From a virus: a stretch of DNA of 54,544 nt. Location of the stretch: the IMG/VR virus record IMGVR_UViG_3300045996_001382, positions 1 to 54,544 of that record. The stretch is one strand, 5' to 3'. Shown in pieces: positions 35,100 through 44,213 of the stretch. Position 1 is the stretch's first letter; every line of letters starts with the position of its first letter. The notes under the pieces were generated by a model. That model searched no databases. It was not told the origin of the DNA and was given only the letters and a program-made list of their open reading frames with translations. The translations under genes and the position numbers were made by a program.

Positions 35100-35132
35100 A
35101 TGACTAGGGGATAAATCCCTTAGTTTAATAAA

Positions 35133-35318
35133 ATGATAAAGATGAAAACAGCAGATAAAATAAAAATAGTGAATGCATTAGTTGAGATCAAGCTTGCATT
35201 GGGAGAGTATAATAGCATATTATTAAACGGGCCACAATGCAGAGACGAAGATTACAACCAACTAGAATTGGCATTTAATAGTGTAAAGGATATTACTGAA
35301 ATAATAAAATCAGCATGA
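35133..35318 (+). CDS. Hypothetical protein
   Basis: 61-aa ORF with an ATGA overlap to the next gene. Confidence 0.5.
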   Translation: MIKMKTADKIKIVNALVEIKLALGEYNSILLNGPQCRDEDYNQLELAFNSVKDITEIIKSA

Positions 35319-35821
35319 CAAAGCAAAGCGAATATTATTGCGAAACCTGCGGCCAAAACATAATAGACTGGAAATGCGGATGCATAAAGGAAGAAAAGGA
35401 AGTGCCGAAAGTGTGGAAAACTGCAAGGTGTTTTGATAGCACATTAGATATTGAAGCTAAACCATTAGAGGCTGTTGATGCTGAATTTGATTTATACAAA
35501 CGTCAAAAAGATAATATAGTGGCAAAGCAGAATAAATTACAGGCTGTTGATGCCAATAAAGAGCAAACAGTTGAGGAAGCGGCAGAACTGGCGTGGTATA
35601 ATAGGTTTCAGTCCGGCCATACACAGCCATCTTATGATGATGGATTTACCGATGGCGCACAATGGCAACAATCCAAAAAGCAAGCAGAGTTTATAAAGTT
35701 GATAGAGGGGGAGATAGCGACTTATTTCGATCCCGAAAAAGCAGGTTCATTACCAAGAGGTGTCAGCGTTGCAATTACAAATGCATTAACCGACCTACTA
35801 ACCAAATATCAAGCACTATAA
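35315..35821 (+). CDS. Hypothetical protein with N-terminal Cys cluster
   Basis: 168-aa ORF with CETCGQNIIDWKCGC at the N-terminus. Confidence 0.55.
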   Translation: MTKQSEYYCETCGQNIIDWKCGCIKEEKEVPKVWKTARCFDSTLDIEAKPLEAVDAEFDLYKRQKDNIVAKQNKLQAVDANKEQTVEEAAELAWYNRFQSGHTQPSYDDGFTDGAQWQQSKKQAEFIKLIEGEIATYFDPEKAGSLPRGVSVAITNALTDLLTKYQAL

Positions 35822-35831
35822 ACTAAGGGAT

Positions 35832-36320
35832 ATGAAAACCTTTACACATACTGATTTAGTAAACATAGCTTATCGCTGGGTGCTTAAATATGCTTCATGT
35901 GGCTGTGCTTTTAAAGAGTTAGTAGCCGGCAATGAAATAGCTGATGTTATCGGGTTTGGTAGCGGCAGACATTCGGTACTAGTTGAGGTCAAAGTTAGCA
36001 GGTCAGACTTTCTATGTGATAAGAAAAAGCCGTTCAGGGTAGACCCCGATAAAGGTATTGGCTTTAGGCGTTTTTATTGCTGCCCTGAAAACATGATACA
36101 AATATCAGAACTGCCCTACGGGTGGGGTTTAATTTACGTGAATGATAAAGGCAAAGCCAATGCTGTTTATAACCCAAACAATCAATTTATGCAGATACCG
36201 CCCTCAATTGACCGTGATAACACATTTAGAGGGTTTGTTTACAACTCAACTAACGAACGGTGTATCATGTATTCTGCATTGCGCAGATTGCACTTAAACG
36301 GCTCAACAAAGGCACTTTAA
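35832..36320 (+). CDS. PD-(D/E)XK nuclease-fold protein (MmcB-like)
   Basis: EIADVIGF...SVLVEVKVSRSDF gives a D...E-V-K motif in the expected spacing. Confidence 0.5.
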   Translation: MKTFTHTDLVNIAYRWVLKYASCGCAFKELVAGNEIADVIGFGSGRHSVLVEVKVSRSDFLCDKKKPFRVDPDKGIGFRRFYCCPENMIQISELPYGWGLIYVNDKGKANAVYNPNNQFMQIPPSIDRDNTFRGFVYNSTNERCIMYSALRRLHLNGSTKAL

Positions 36321-36337
36321 ACCCAAACAATAAGCAT

Positions 36338-36649
36338 ATGGAAAAGATAGATAAACAGGCAGTATTGGATTTGCTTGATAAATACAATTTAGATAGCGAA
36401 TACGGCCAATTTTGTTTAAAGCGAGAAATCAACGCATTACCAACAACCACCGATGAGTGGGTAAGTGTTGAGACGGCTTTGCCTAAAGATGAACAGGTCG
36501 TTTTAGTTTGGCAATTAGTCTTAGATAATGATACCGAAAGAGGAACCCGCAGGCTTGCTTATATTTTTGAAGGCAGGTGGTACACAGGAATTAAACAAAT
36601 TTTACGGGTCTCTGCATGGATGCCCTTACCTCAACCCCCAACTAAATAA
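36338..36649 (+). CDS. DUF551-like protein
   Basis: The C-terminal pattern WVSVETALPKDEQVVLVW...GRWYTG...VSAWMPLPQPP is typical of DUF551. The ATG at 36338 is preferred within ORF-track frame 36260..36649. Confidence 0.6.
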   Translation: MEKIDKQAVLDLLDKYNLDSEYGQFCLKREINALPTTTDEWVSVETALPKDEQVVLVWQLVLDNDTERGTRRLAYIFEGRWYTGIKQILRVSAWMPLPQPPTK

Positions 36650-36662
36650 AGCAAAAAAGATT

Positions 36663-37037
36663 ATGAACGCATTACAAAAAATAGGAATTAGCCTAATTAT
36701 AGCAGGTATAATAATAGTTATAATCGGGGCTTTTATAGGGTGTAAGGATAAGCCGAAATCCCCGCCAATAACTGAAACCTATCTCGGTGAATTGATGTAT
36801 CCCGATACTACAATATTTGATAGCGGTAGATTTTATCATTTTAGAGTAGATTTTGACACTGTTGTAATATTCAATGAATTTCCTGAAAAAATAACAAAGA
36901 CGGGAATTATTATATCCATAGAAAACATGACTGGTGAACTTCGGGGGTGCTTACTCTTTCCAGGCACTGAAACAATCAGGCAGTGTGAAAACAATGTTGG
37001 CATCTATTATCCATTTTCAAACCATAGCGAATTATGA
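36663..37037 (+). CDS. Putative lipoprotein / membrane-anchored protein
   Basis: The ATG at 36663 lies within ORF-track frame 36528..37037. The N-terminus MNALQKIGISLIIAGIIIVIIGAFIGC has a lipobox-like IGC. Confidence 0.5.
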   Translation: MNALQKIGISLIIAGIIIVIIGAFIGCKDKPKSPPITETYLGELMYPDTTIFDSGRFYHFRVDFDTVVIFNEFPEKITKTGIIISIENMTGELRGCLLFPGTETIRQCENNVGIYYPFSNHSEL

Positions 37038-37498
37038 AAAAACCAATTTTAAGCATCCTCTTATTAGCGTCTTTGGGCGTTATGGGGCAGAGTAAAGGCA
37101 AACCACATGTACTAATAGGCGGTGATCCATTTGGTAGCAACGGGGATGTAGCAACATATTCTATAGATGGTATCGCCATTAATTTGGATACACCTAAAAC
37201 TGAAAAGCCAAAAACATTAGTATACGATGAGAACTACGGATTTCTTACAGGCGGCCATAGCGAATACAACACGCCAAAACCCGACACAGTACAATCCTAT
37301 TTTAAAGAGATTACAGGCGTTAAAGATGGGGAATTGGTAACGCAATGGGTAAAGGGGTTTAAAGTTGTTAATGCTACCATTAGCAGCCAAAACTATTGGG
37401 TATATGGCAACGGGCAACCTGTCAATCCAATAATCACAAATACTTTCCTTTACCCTGACAAAACCAAAGTAAGTAACATTATTATTCAATCATATTAA
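37034..37498 (+). CDS. Putative secreted protein
   Basis: Signal-peptide-like MKKPILSILLLASLGVMGQSKG, with an ATGA overlap to the upstream gene. Confidence 0.55.
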   Translation: MKKPILSILLLASLGVMGQSKGKPHVLIGGDPFGSNGDVATYSIDGIAINLDTPKTEKPKTLVYDENYGFLTGGHSEYNTPKPDTVQSYFKEITGVKDGELVTQWVKGFKVVNATISSQNYWVYGNGQPVNPIITNTFLYPDKTKVSNIIIQSY

Positions 37499-37499
37499 G

Positions 37500-37739
37500 A
37501 TGAGCGACACAATTTCAGTTATAGTAATCATTGGCGTGTTTGTAAGTTTTATAGCCGTCATTATTCTAGTCATTAAAGAGGCAGATGATACCGGGTATAA
37601 GCATGGGCAAATAGATGCCCTTAATGGCATTCAAAAATATAAACTAATTGAATTTTCTGATGGCACAAGGGATTACTACAAAGATCCCAAGCCCGAAGAT
37701 TTCACGGACGAGTTTAGCAACTTTAAAATAATCAAATGA
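37500..37739 (+). CDS. Hypothetical single-TM membrane protein
   Basis: 79-aa ORF with an N-terminal TM helix (ISVIVIIGVFVSFIAVIILVI). Confidence 0.55.
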   Translation: MSDTISVIVIIGVFVSFIAVIILVIKEADDTGYKHGQIDALNGIQKYKLIEFSDGTRDYYKDPKPEDFTDEFSNFKIIK

Positions 37740-37867
37740 TCCGCTTACTCTACACCCTCACTCTTATCCTCTCCACTATAGCATCTATAGATGAGGATAG
37801 TGTGCCGAAATATTATAAATTTAATTACTTAACTTTATCTTATGAGAAACCAACTATTGGAGAATGA
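37736..37867 (+). CDS. Hypothetical 43-aa peptide
   Basis: ATGA-coupled hand-found ORF MIRLLYTLTLILSTIASIDEDSVPKYYKFNYLTLSYEKPTIGE. Confidence 0.3.
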   Translation: MIRLLYTLTLILSTIASIDEDSVPKYYKFNYLTLSYEKPTIGE

Positions 37868-37994
37868 CCGAACTATTAAATGGTCTTGGATAATGATAGC
37901 TATAGCAGCAATCTTATTGTATGCCGCAATATAATATACCTCACGGCCTGTACTTTTGGGGTAATTTAATAATAATAATTTTAACTTACATTTT

Positions 37995-38384
37995 ATGAAA
38001 CTAACATTCATCGAGAAAATCTTATCGTTCCTAAGCGTAACGTTTAGAGCCATTAAAAACGCCCTGAAAGACGGGCAAGAAATTGTTGACAAAATTAAGG
38101 CTGTTACAGATAGCCCTGTAGTAAAAGCAATAGTCAAAGCTAGCCCGACTAAATGGGATGATGCAGCTATAGCCGCGTTAGTGGCATTTGCTACAATTAT
38201 GGGGTGGGCAGATAAGCTAATTTCAGACTTTGAGGGCGACCCGGACGCAAAGGTGGTAGTTTATACTGCTTTAGCTGCAAAAGCTGCTGTAATAGAGGCG
38301 GAACAGCAAGGGCATAAGCTAACTATGCAACAAGCTATGGCAGCTATACCCGTTTCGTACGATCCGACTATTGTTAATGTGTAA
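37995..38384 (+). CDS. Hypothetical protein
   Basis: 129-aa ORF, the last gene of the plus block, followed by a terminator. Confidence 0.55.
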   Translation: MKLTFIEKILSFLSVTFRAIKNALKDGQEIVDKIKAVTDSPVVKAIVKASPTKWDDAAIAALVAFATIMGWADKLISDFEGDPDAKVVVYTALAAKAAVIEAEQQGHKLTMQQAMAAIPVSYDPTIVNV

Positions 38385-38434
38385 ACAATAGCCTATATTT
38401 GCTTTGTATCCGACGTTTTATAAACTATCCTTTA

Positions 38435-38464
38435 CCCAACATCATAACGGTGTTGGGTTTTTTA
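38435..38464. terminator. Rho-independent terminator between convergent blocks
   Basis: CCCAACA-tcataacgg-TGTTGGG followed by TTTTTTA. Confidence 0.7.
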
Positions 38465-38827
38465 TTTCCCGTCTGCCTTGTCTGTCTTTTCATCAATAAC
38501 ATCATTGATTTTTTTCTGTGCGCGGCCTAATATCTTAATTAAGATTGCTGACCCCGATATACCTACGAATACGAACCCTATTTTTAAAAACGGTAGTATT
38601 ATAGGTTTAATCGCCACAAGTTCGTCCAGGACTATTAAAAACACCAACACAGCAAGTAATGAACCTAATATACCAGCCAAATCGTCTTGGAAGTATTGCC
38701 TGTAACTGAATGGTAAATTTGCAACCTTAGAACTGGTTTTTACGCTCGGTATCTTGATTGCAAATAAGTGAAATAATAAGCCTAATAGCCCAGCTAAAAA
38801 GCACCATAAGTAAGTTTCAAATGTCAT
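38462..38827 (-). CDS. Multi-TM membrane protein (lysis-cluster member)
   Basis: 121-aa ORF with 3-4 hydrophobic helices, immediately downstream of the endolysin. Confidence 0.55.
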   Translation of the reverse strand: MTFETYLWCFLAGLLGLLFHLFAIKIPSVKTSSKVANLPFSYRQYFQDDLAGILGSLLAVLVFLIVLDELVAIKPIILPFLKIGFVFVGISGSAILIKILGRAQKKINDVIDEKTDKADGK

Positions 38828-38838
38828 AGTAGTTTTTT

Positions 38839-39531
38839 TTAAATTAATTTAACTCCTAAGTGAGCAGCCGTTTCTTTGCCAACTATACCGTCTACTGTAA
38901 GTCCGGTAATCTGTTTTTGAAACCTACGTACAGCGACATCGGTTTCTGCCCCAAAATATCCGTCCAATTTCACTTTATACCCTTTATCAATTAAGGCCTG
39001 TTGTATTCTTAATACGTTAGTATCTTTAATTAATGGGGCATTTAACTTATAAATTATCTTAGACGGCTTTGTAATGCGCTCTAATTCTATTTCTATAAGC
39101 CAATTTCTAACGTCAAATGCCGGGCATGATTTTATCCATTCCCAACGGTCAACAATACCGTTACCGTTCTGGTCTCTCGAAAAGTCCCGGTGTCCCAAAA
39201 CAACGGCGTTTGGAAATTGAGCCTTGTATTTTTTAATTAAAGATATTTGAGATTGAATTTGAGCCTCTGTTCGATTATCGACTGGCTTCCCATTATTATC
39301 AATACCACCTTTGTATGATATATGAATAGCATTTTTGTTATATCCAGCCACGCCGTTAGCTATTTTTTCAATAGGTTGGAGTTCTTCTATTGTACCATCT
39401 GCATTTATCTCAAAATGATAACCTGGACTTGTCCACCCGTTTACATTTTTCCAGTAAGCCTTAATTTCAGATGTTGGTTGATTTTGTGGCCCAGCAGTAC
39501 AATGAATAACAATGTATTTTATTTCTCTCAT
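38839..39531 (-). CDS. Endolysin: N-acetylmuramoyl-L-alanine amidase (Amidase_2/PGRP fold) plus PG_binding_1 domain
   Basis: YIVIHCTAG...GYHFEINADGTI...LGHRD...CPAF, with a C-terminal LRIQQALIDKGY...DGYFGAETDVAVRRFQ...DGIVGKET. Confidence 0.9.
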   Translation of the reverse strand: MREIKYIVIHCTAGPQNQPTSEIKAYWKNVNGWTSPGYHFEINADGTIEELQPIEKIANGVAGYNKNAIHISYKGGIDNNGKPVDNRTEAQIQSQISLIKKYKAQFPNAVVLGHRDFSRDQNGNGIVDRWEWIKSCPAFDVRNWLIEIELERITKPSKIIYKLNAPLIKDTNVLRIQQALIDKGYKVKLDGYFGAETDVAVRRFQKQITGLTVDGIVGKETAAHLGVKLI

Positions 39532-39605
39532 TTCTTATTTATCAGCCAAGTGAAAAACACTAAGACTATTATACAACCAATACCAAATTTAACAAATCCG
39601 TCCAT
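39528..39605 (-). CDS. Hypothetical 25-aa TM peptide
   Basis: ATGA-coupled to the endolysin start: MDGFVKFGIGCIIVLVFFTWLINKK. Confidence 0.3.
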   Translation of the reverse strand: MDGFVKFGIGCIIVLVFFTWLINKK

Positions 39606-39878
39606 CTACTTATTTCTCCTAATAAAACCCCAAAGTTTTAACATCACAAAAAACATAGGTAAATTTAAGCAAATTCTTACAATAGCCGTAGGGTGCGTAT
39701 CAATACACCAATACCAAAGAGCTGCACCGCCATATACAAATACCTTTGCTACAAATAACTCTATCATTAGCCGTCGCAACCGTCCGTTTTTAGACGTATA
39801 AAACTCGTAGGCTATTATAGCACTTAATATCGCAATAGTCCATAAAAATATCTGTAGTAAAATCTCGTAAAAGTTCAT
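39606..39878 (-). CDS. Three-TM membrane protein (holin candidate)
   Basis: 90-aa ORF with three hydrophobic helices and a basic C-terminus (FIRRNK). Confidence 0.5.
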   Translation of the reverse strand: MNFYEILLQIFLWTIAILSAIIAYEFYTSKNGRLRRLMIELFVAKVFVYGGAALWYWCIDTHPTAIVRICLNLPMFFVMLKLWGFIRRNK

Positions 39879-40084
39879 CGTTTCATGTTTTCTATTATAG
39901 TTTTTAACGATGATAACACGCCTGTATTCTCGCGCATCGTTTCGTTCTGTTTGTCAAATTGCCTGTCAATAGCCTGTTTCCATTCCGCACGTTCCTCTTT
40001 GTGGCGTTTCTCAATATGTAATATGTACCAGCACAATCCGGCTACAACTATTCCTAATATTCCATATTGGGCTAAGTCGCTCAT
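39875..40084 (-). CDS. Single-TM protein with charged C-terminal helix (holin/antiholin/spanin candidate)
   Basis: 69-aa ORF: AQYGILGIVVAGLCWYIL followed by a K/E/R-rich tail. Confidence 0.45.
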   Translation of the reverse strand: MSDLAQYGILGIVVAGLCWYILHIEKRHKEERAEWKQAIDRQFDKQNETMRENTGVLSSLKTIIENMKR

Positions 40085-40350
40085 TTGAAAAGCCTTTCAT
40101 AAACCAACTTAGTCAATTCATCAAGTTTTTGTTCTGTAGGTTCAAATTTACCGTTTAACTCCTCCCGTACAATACGCCTTATTCTTTCATCCCTGCTATC
40201 GGAAGCATATTTAAAAACACGGTCTATGCCCCTCCAAATCAACGCAAATAAACCAGCTTGTATGGTATTGTCTTTGATGAACTCCCAAAACTGCCACCAA
40301 AAACCGTAGTTACTGTTTTGCATCGATTTATTAATCTTTAAATATTCCAT
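40081..40350 (-). CDS. Hypothetical membrane-associated protein
   Basis: 89-aa ORF with one hydrophobic segment. Confidence 0.45.
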   Translation of the reverse strand: MEYLKINKSMQNSNYGFWWQFWEFIKDNTIQAGLFALIWRGIDRVFKYASDSRDERIRRIVREELNGKFEPTEQKLDELTKLVYERLFK

Positions 40351-40696
40351 GCCTACCTCCTGATATTAGTATCATAGAAGTTAGTGCAAAAATTAAGCCG
40401 TTAAAGCTATAAAACATATTGGGAGCGTCATAACCAAAAATACCAGTATAATTTAAAATATTAATTATAAAGTTAACAATTAGGCACATAAAAGCAACAT
40501 CAATAAATTGATTGTCTCTATTGTTAGGTATTTTAATATCAATAAATAGAGACAATACCATAAACAGGCTTAGAGCATACCCAAATACCCTGTTCTGAAC
40601 AAGGGTTAACTGGCCTGTAGATAGCTTATATATCCACAGGTTAACACATAGCAGGTAAATGCCAATATAACCTCCTGTTATTAATGATCTTACCAT
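40331..40696 (-). CDS. Four-TM membrane protein
   Basis: The ORF-track frame starts at a GTG at 40714. The ATG at 40696 gives a TAATG overlap with the upstream mini-ORF. Confidence 0.5.
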   Translation of the reverse strand: MVRSLITGGYIGIYLLCVNLWIYKLSTGQLTLVQNRVFGYALSLFMVLSLFIDIKIPNNRDNQFIDVAFMCLIVNFIINILNYTGIFGYDAPNMFYSFNGLIFALTSMILISGGRHGIFKD

Positions 40697-40869
40697 TACG
40701 AATTTAGTACGCACATACCGCCGCCGTTATCTGTCCACCCCTCCGGGCATCCACTAGGAGGTACAGGGAATGGCCTGCCACTTTGTGCTTCGCTTTTAGA
40801 TTTTTTTAATTTTTCGATTTCAGCTTCAAAAAACATTTCTGCAGCTTCGATTTCTTTTTGATTTTTCAT
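40696..40869 (-). CDS. Hypothetical 57-aa protein (coiled-coil N-terminus, Cys/Gly-rich C-terminus)
   Basis: Hand-found ORF MKNQKEIEAAEMFFEAEIEKLKKSKSEAQSGRPFPVPPSGCPEGWTDNGGGMCVLNS. Confidence 0.35.
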   Translation of the reverse strand: MKNQKEIEAAEMFFEAEIEKLKKSKSEAQSGRPFPVPPSGCPEGWTDNGGGMCVLNS

Positions 40870-40892
40870 TGTTGTTTATTTATAGTGTTCAA

Positions 40893-43800
40893 TTAATACC
40901 CCTCTAATGTTATCCACCCACCTGCGCCTGTACCAGTTATTGATATTTGAGTCGCGTTGCTAGTTGGTGACATGGTCCCAGTATAATAAATATCCATTTT
41001 GGGCACTTGTGTAAAAGCCACCGGATAAGTATAGGTTATGCTAGTACTTGTTAAGTTATTAAGATAAATCAATACCTTTTTGTAACTACTGCCCTGAAAT
41101 GGCATACTGCATATAATAGAACCCGATGATGTTCCACTAACTGTTGTTTGAGTCGCATTTGAATTGATAATTGGCTGTGTAGTTCCACTTGGTATCTCAG
41201 TAACCAAATCACCGTTACCCATTGTAAATTGTGATGCGGTTCCGCCGGTAGTAATGAATTTTAAAGCCTCCGTATTGCTTTGTATTAATACTTTTGTGGC
41301 CGCCTTTAAAAACACCTCTCCTGCATCATTTTGCAAGAAACCATAATTGGTTACTTCTCCACCTGTAGGGCTGTTGTACCCAAATCTGGCGTATGTATTA
41401 ACACCTGTCCATGTTCCTATTTTACCTACACCAAAAAAACCTGCGCCTGAAAAACTTAAAACACTACCTGTTGTAGTACCCGTAAAGGCGGTATTAGCCG
41501 TGTTGGCTTTGTTATTAAAAGTATTCCAATCGGTAGATGATAGGTAGCCATTAGTAGAGGTATTTGCCTGTGTTATAGACCATGTTCCTCCTGCGCCAGC
41601 TCCCGACTTCTGCAATGGAGCGGTGACCGAAACGGTAGCATTGTTCCATTTGGTTCCATCGTATTGCATTATATCCCCGCTTGACAACGCGCTTCCTAAA
41701 AATATCTGTGAATTCCACAGGGTTGAATTTCCTGACGTTAAATTGTTAACAGGGGTGGTAGATGTAACTGTAAATGGCGCTGTTCCGGTAGCTACTGTAG
41801 AAATAAAATTTGGAGCAGAAACCGGGCTTTCGCTTAAGAAATTACCCAACCCCTTGGCATAAATACTGCCGTCGGCCTTTTGCATAAAACCGTAGTTTGT
41901 GGCTTCCCCTCCACCTGGTACATTATATCCGAATCTAGCATAATCGGGGTCGGTAGACCATCTGCCCATTTTGGCAACATTAGCAGTCCATCCACCCGAT
42001 AAATTACCACTACCATTAACTTCAATACCTGTAGCTGTTACCCTAAATCTAGTAGTACCACCAATAACTGAACTTATTGGATTCGTACTATATAATACAG
42101 ATTCATAAGCCACGTTTGAACCGGGGAAAAAGTTATTAGCTGTTGAGCTTTCAATACCAAATTGAAAATCTACCCCGTTATTCGATAAATCAATGGTTTT
42201 AGCGTTGGTGGTTGCTGTAGTAGCTGTTAGTACCGCAGGGCTTGCCGTAGTTGCTATATAGTTACTTGCGGTAATTGGCGTGGTAGTTGTTGCACCCCTA
42301 TTCGTTACGCTTTGTAGGGTTTCGGTATTATTTTTTGATATAACATAAGTAGTCCCGTTGCTTTTATATTGTACAGGTGCTACCGATGTTGAATTGGCGT
42401 TACTTTGCTTTAACCTTTCATCAACATAGGTATTAACCGTTGATCCTGCATCTTTTGTAAAGGCCAGGTTATTATTGTCTTTAAAGTAAGCTCCGCTAAT
42501 GTACAGGCTATCTATTGTTGATGTAGTAATGTCATTACCAAGCGTACTGCTATAGTTTACATTGTCAGCTAATGATAGTTTTTTAATTGCTGAACCTGCT
42601 ATTTTTACTACATATCCCGAAGTATCAACAAGTGAGTTTTTAACACTTACATTTTCAGCCGTTACAGAAATAAGGTCAAGTAACTTAGATGATAGTTTTT
42701 TACCGCCCGATTTCTTATAGTTATTTATTTCTAAATTTTTCATGGTCACACCCGTTACTGAAATTTCAGCGTAGGATGTTGTATCGGGATTTATAGAGGT
42801 AAAATCGTTTATCTTAAACGCATCAAACGTGCTGCTATGGTTAAACCATATAGTAGGTATATTATAATGATTGCCGTCAACTATAATATTGTTAAAGTTT
42901 ATGTTGGAATAGTCGCCGGTATCAAACCTGAATGGAAACCTTGTGTCGTTTGAGGTTTGGTTTACTTTAACATTGACATTCGACACTTGCAGGTCCTTTA
43001 GTGTGCCCCCGGGGCCTAAACCGAAGTTACCAGTCTCTAATATATTTCCCGAGGTAACACCAGTTACGTTATTGATTACGGTGCCGGTAATGCTGTTTGT
43101 TGCCGATAATAGCCTTATGCCCTTATAGGTATTATTATAAACCACACCGTCAACAACTGTGTTTTTAATGTCACCTCCGTATTTCCCAGCAACGTTAACC
43201 AAATATGCAAGCGCTGCGTCATTGGCATTTATGGCAATTTGATCATCATCACCATTAACCACAAGGCCAGTAAGAAAAGCATTCTCACCAGGCCCGTTTA
43301 AATGCACTCCGTCTAGGTTCCTACCCATAACAGTAGTGCTGTTATCCAATCGTACTTTATCTATCCAAACGTCTTTATATGAACCTATGTGAATAGCAAA
43401 CGATCTGGAATCACGTACTGTTAAATCATTTACTCTTATGTTTTTAACGTTAAAAAAGCTTATGCCTGAAATAATAATTGATCCGGTTGTACTGCTCCAA
43501 AGGTTTTGTTTAAAGCCGTTGCCGTTCCAAGTACCGCCACTAACAATTATATTGCTATCTAATAACGCCGTTGATCCTGCTGCCACCGCGTTTTGATTCA
43601 TTATCATATTGCGATTAATGCTGTCTTTCAACATTATTGTTGTGTTGGTTTGTAGCAATAATTTGGTGTTACTTTTTATAACTAATGTGCTGTCTATGTA
43701 ATACAGGTTGTTTCTTAGATTTACCGTCTTGCCAACACCATAGTTTAATGCTGATTGGATGAATGATCGGCTATTGGTGTTGCTTGAACCCCACCATTCA

Positions 43801-44210
43801 GGATAAATAAAATCTATGTCCTGTCTCACCCAACTACCAGAACCTTTACCTGTTGCTGGCAAAACAATGCCACCATCTGCAGTTAGTCCCGTATTTACAT
43901 AATTAAACATACCACCCCTTGTTTCATCTGTAACAATTACCGTGGTATATGGCGAATTATACGCCTCTAATGCGGCAATTGTTCCAACAGTTGGTATGCC
44001 GGCATTTATTAAATCCCTGTACCTGGCCATTCTATCAGAGCGCCCGTTTCCATAATAGTTGTAAACACCTCTGTTAACCGTATCGGTTGGATCGGTTAGA
44101 TATGTTTGGTTCAATGAACTTGTTGCGGCAGGAGGTATATAATCTGAGTTTTGTTGCGCAAAGCTAATTGTTGTGATTAATAGTGATAAAGGTAAAAGTA
44201 ATCGTTTCAT
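40893..44210 (-). CDS. Tail spike / polysaccharide depolymerase-like protein (pectate-lyase-type beta-helix) with N-terminal signal-peptide-like sequence
   Basis: 1105-aa ORF. The N-terminus is MKRLLLPLSLLITTISFAQQ. The N-terminal half has N/G/I/V-rich repetitive rungs (IIVSGGTWNGNG..., VNGDDDQIAINAND) typical of right-handed beta-helices. The C-terminal half holds a diverged internal duplication (ARFGYNVPGGGEATNYGFMQ / ARFGYNSPTGGEVTNYGFLQ). Confidence 0.65.
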   Translation of the reverse strand: MKRLLLPLSLLITTISFAQQNSDYIPPAATSSLNQTYLTDPTDTVNRGVYNYYGNGRSDRMARYRDLINAGIPTVGTIAALEAYNSPYTTVIVTDETRGGMFNYVNTGLTADGGIVLPATGKGSGSWVRQDIDFIYPEWWGSSNTNSRSFIQSALNYGVGKTVNLRNNLYYIDSTLVIKSNTKLLLQTNTTIMLKDSINRNMIMNQNAVAAGSTALLDSNIIVSGGTWNGNGFKQNLWSSTTGSIIISGISFFNVKNIRVNDLTVRDSRSFAIHIGSYKDVWIDKVRLDNSTTVMGRNLDGVHLNGPGENAFLTGLVVNGDDDQIAINANDAALAYLVNVAGKYGGDIKNTVVDGVVYNNTYKGIRLLSATNSITGTVINNVTGVTSGNILETGNFGLGPGGTLKDLQVSNVNVKVNQTSNDTRFPFRFDTGDYSNINFNNIIVDGNHYNIPTIWFNHSSTFDAFKINDFTSINPDTTSYAEISVTGVTMKNLEINNYKKSGGKKLSSKLLDLISVTAENVSVKNSLVDTSGYVVKIAGSAIKKLSLADNVNYSSTLGNDITTSTIDSLYISGAYFKDNNNLAFTKDAGSTVNTYVDERLKQSNANSTSVAPVQYKSNGTTYVISKNNTETLQSVTNRGATTTTPITASNYIATTASPAVLTATTATTNAKTIDLSNNGVDFQFGIESSTANNFFPGSNVAYESVLYSTNPISSVIGGTTRFRVTATGIEVNGSGNLSGGWTANVAKMGRWSTDPDYARFGYNVPGGGEATNYGFMQKADGSIYAKGLGNFLSESPVSAPNFISTVATGTAPFTVTSTTPVNNLTSGNSTLWNSQIFLGSALSSGDIMQYDGTKWNNATVSVTAPLQKSGAGAGGTWSITQANTSTNGYLSSTDWNTFNNKANTANTAFTGTTTGSVLSFSGAGFFGVGKIGTWTGVNTYARFGYNSPTGGEVTNYGFLQNDAGEVFLKAATKVLIQSNTEALKFITTGGTASQFTMGNGDLVTEIPSGTTQPIINSNATQTTVSGTSSGSIICSMPFQGSSYKKVLIYLNNLTSTSITYTYPVAFTQVPKMDIYYTGTMSPTSNATQISITGTGAGGWITLEGY

Positions 44211-44213
44211 TGT

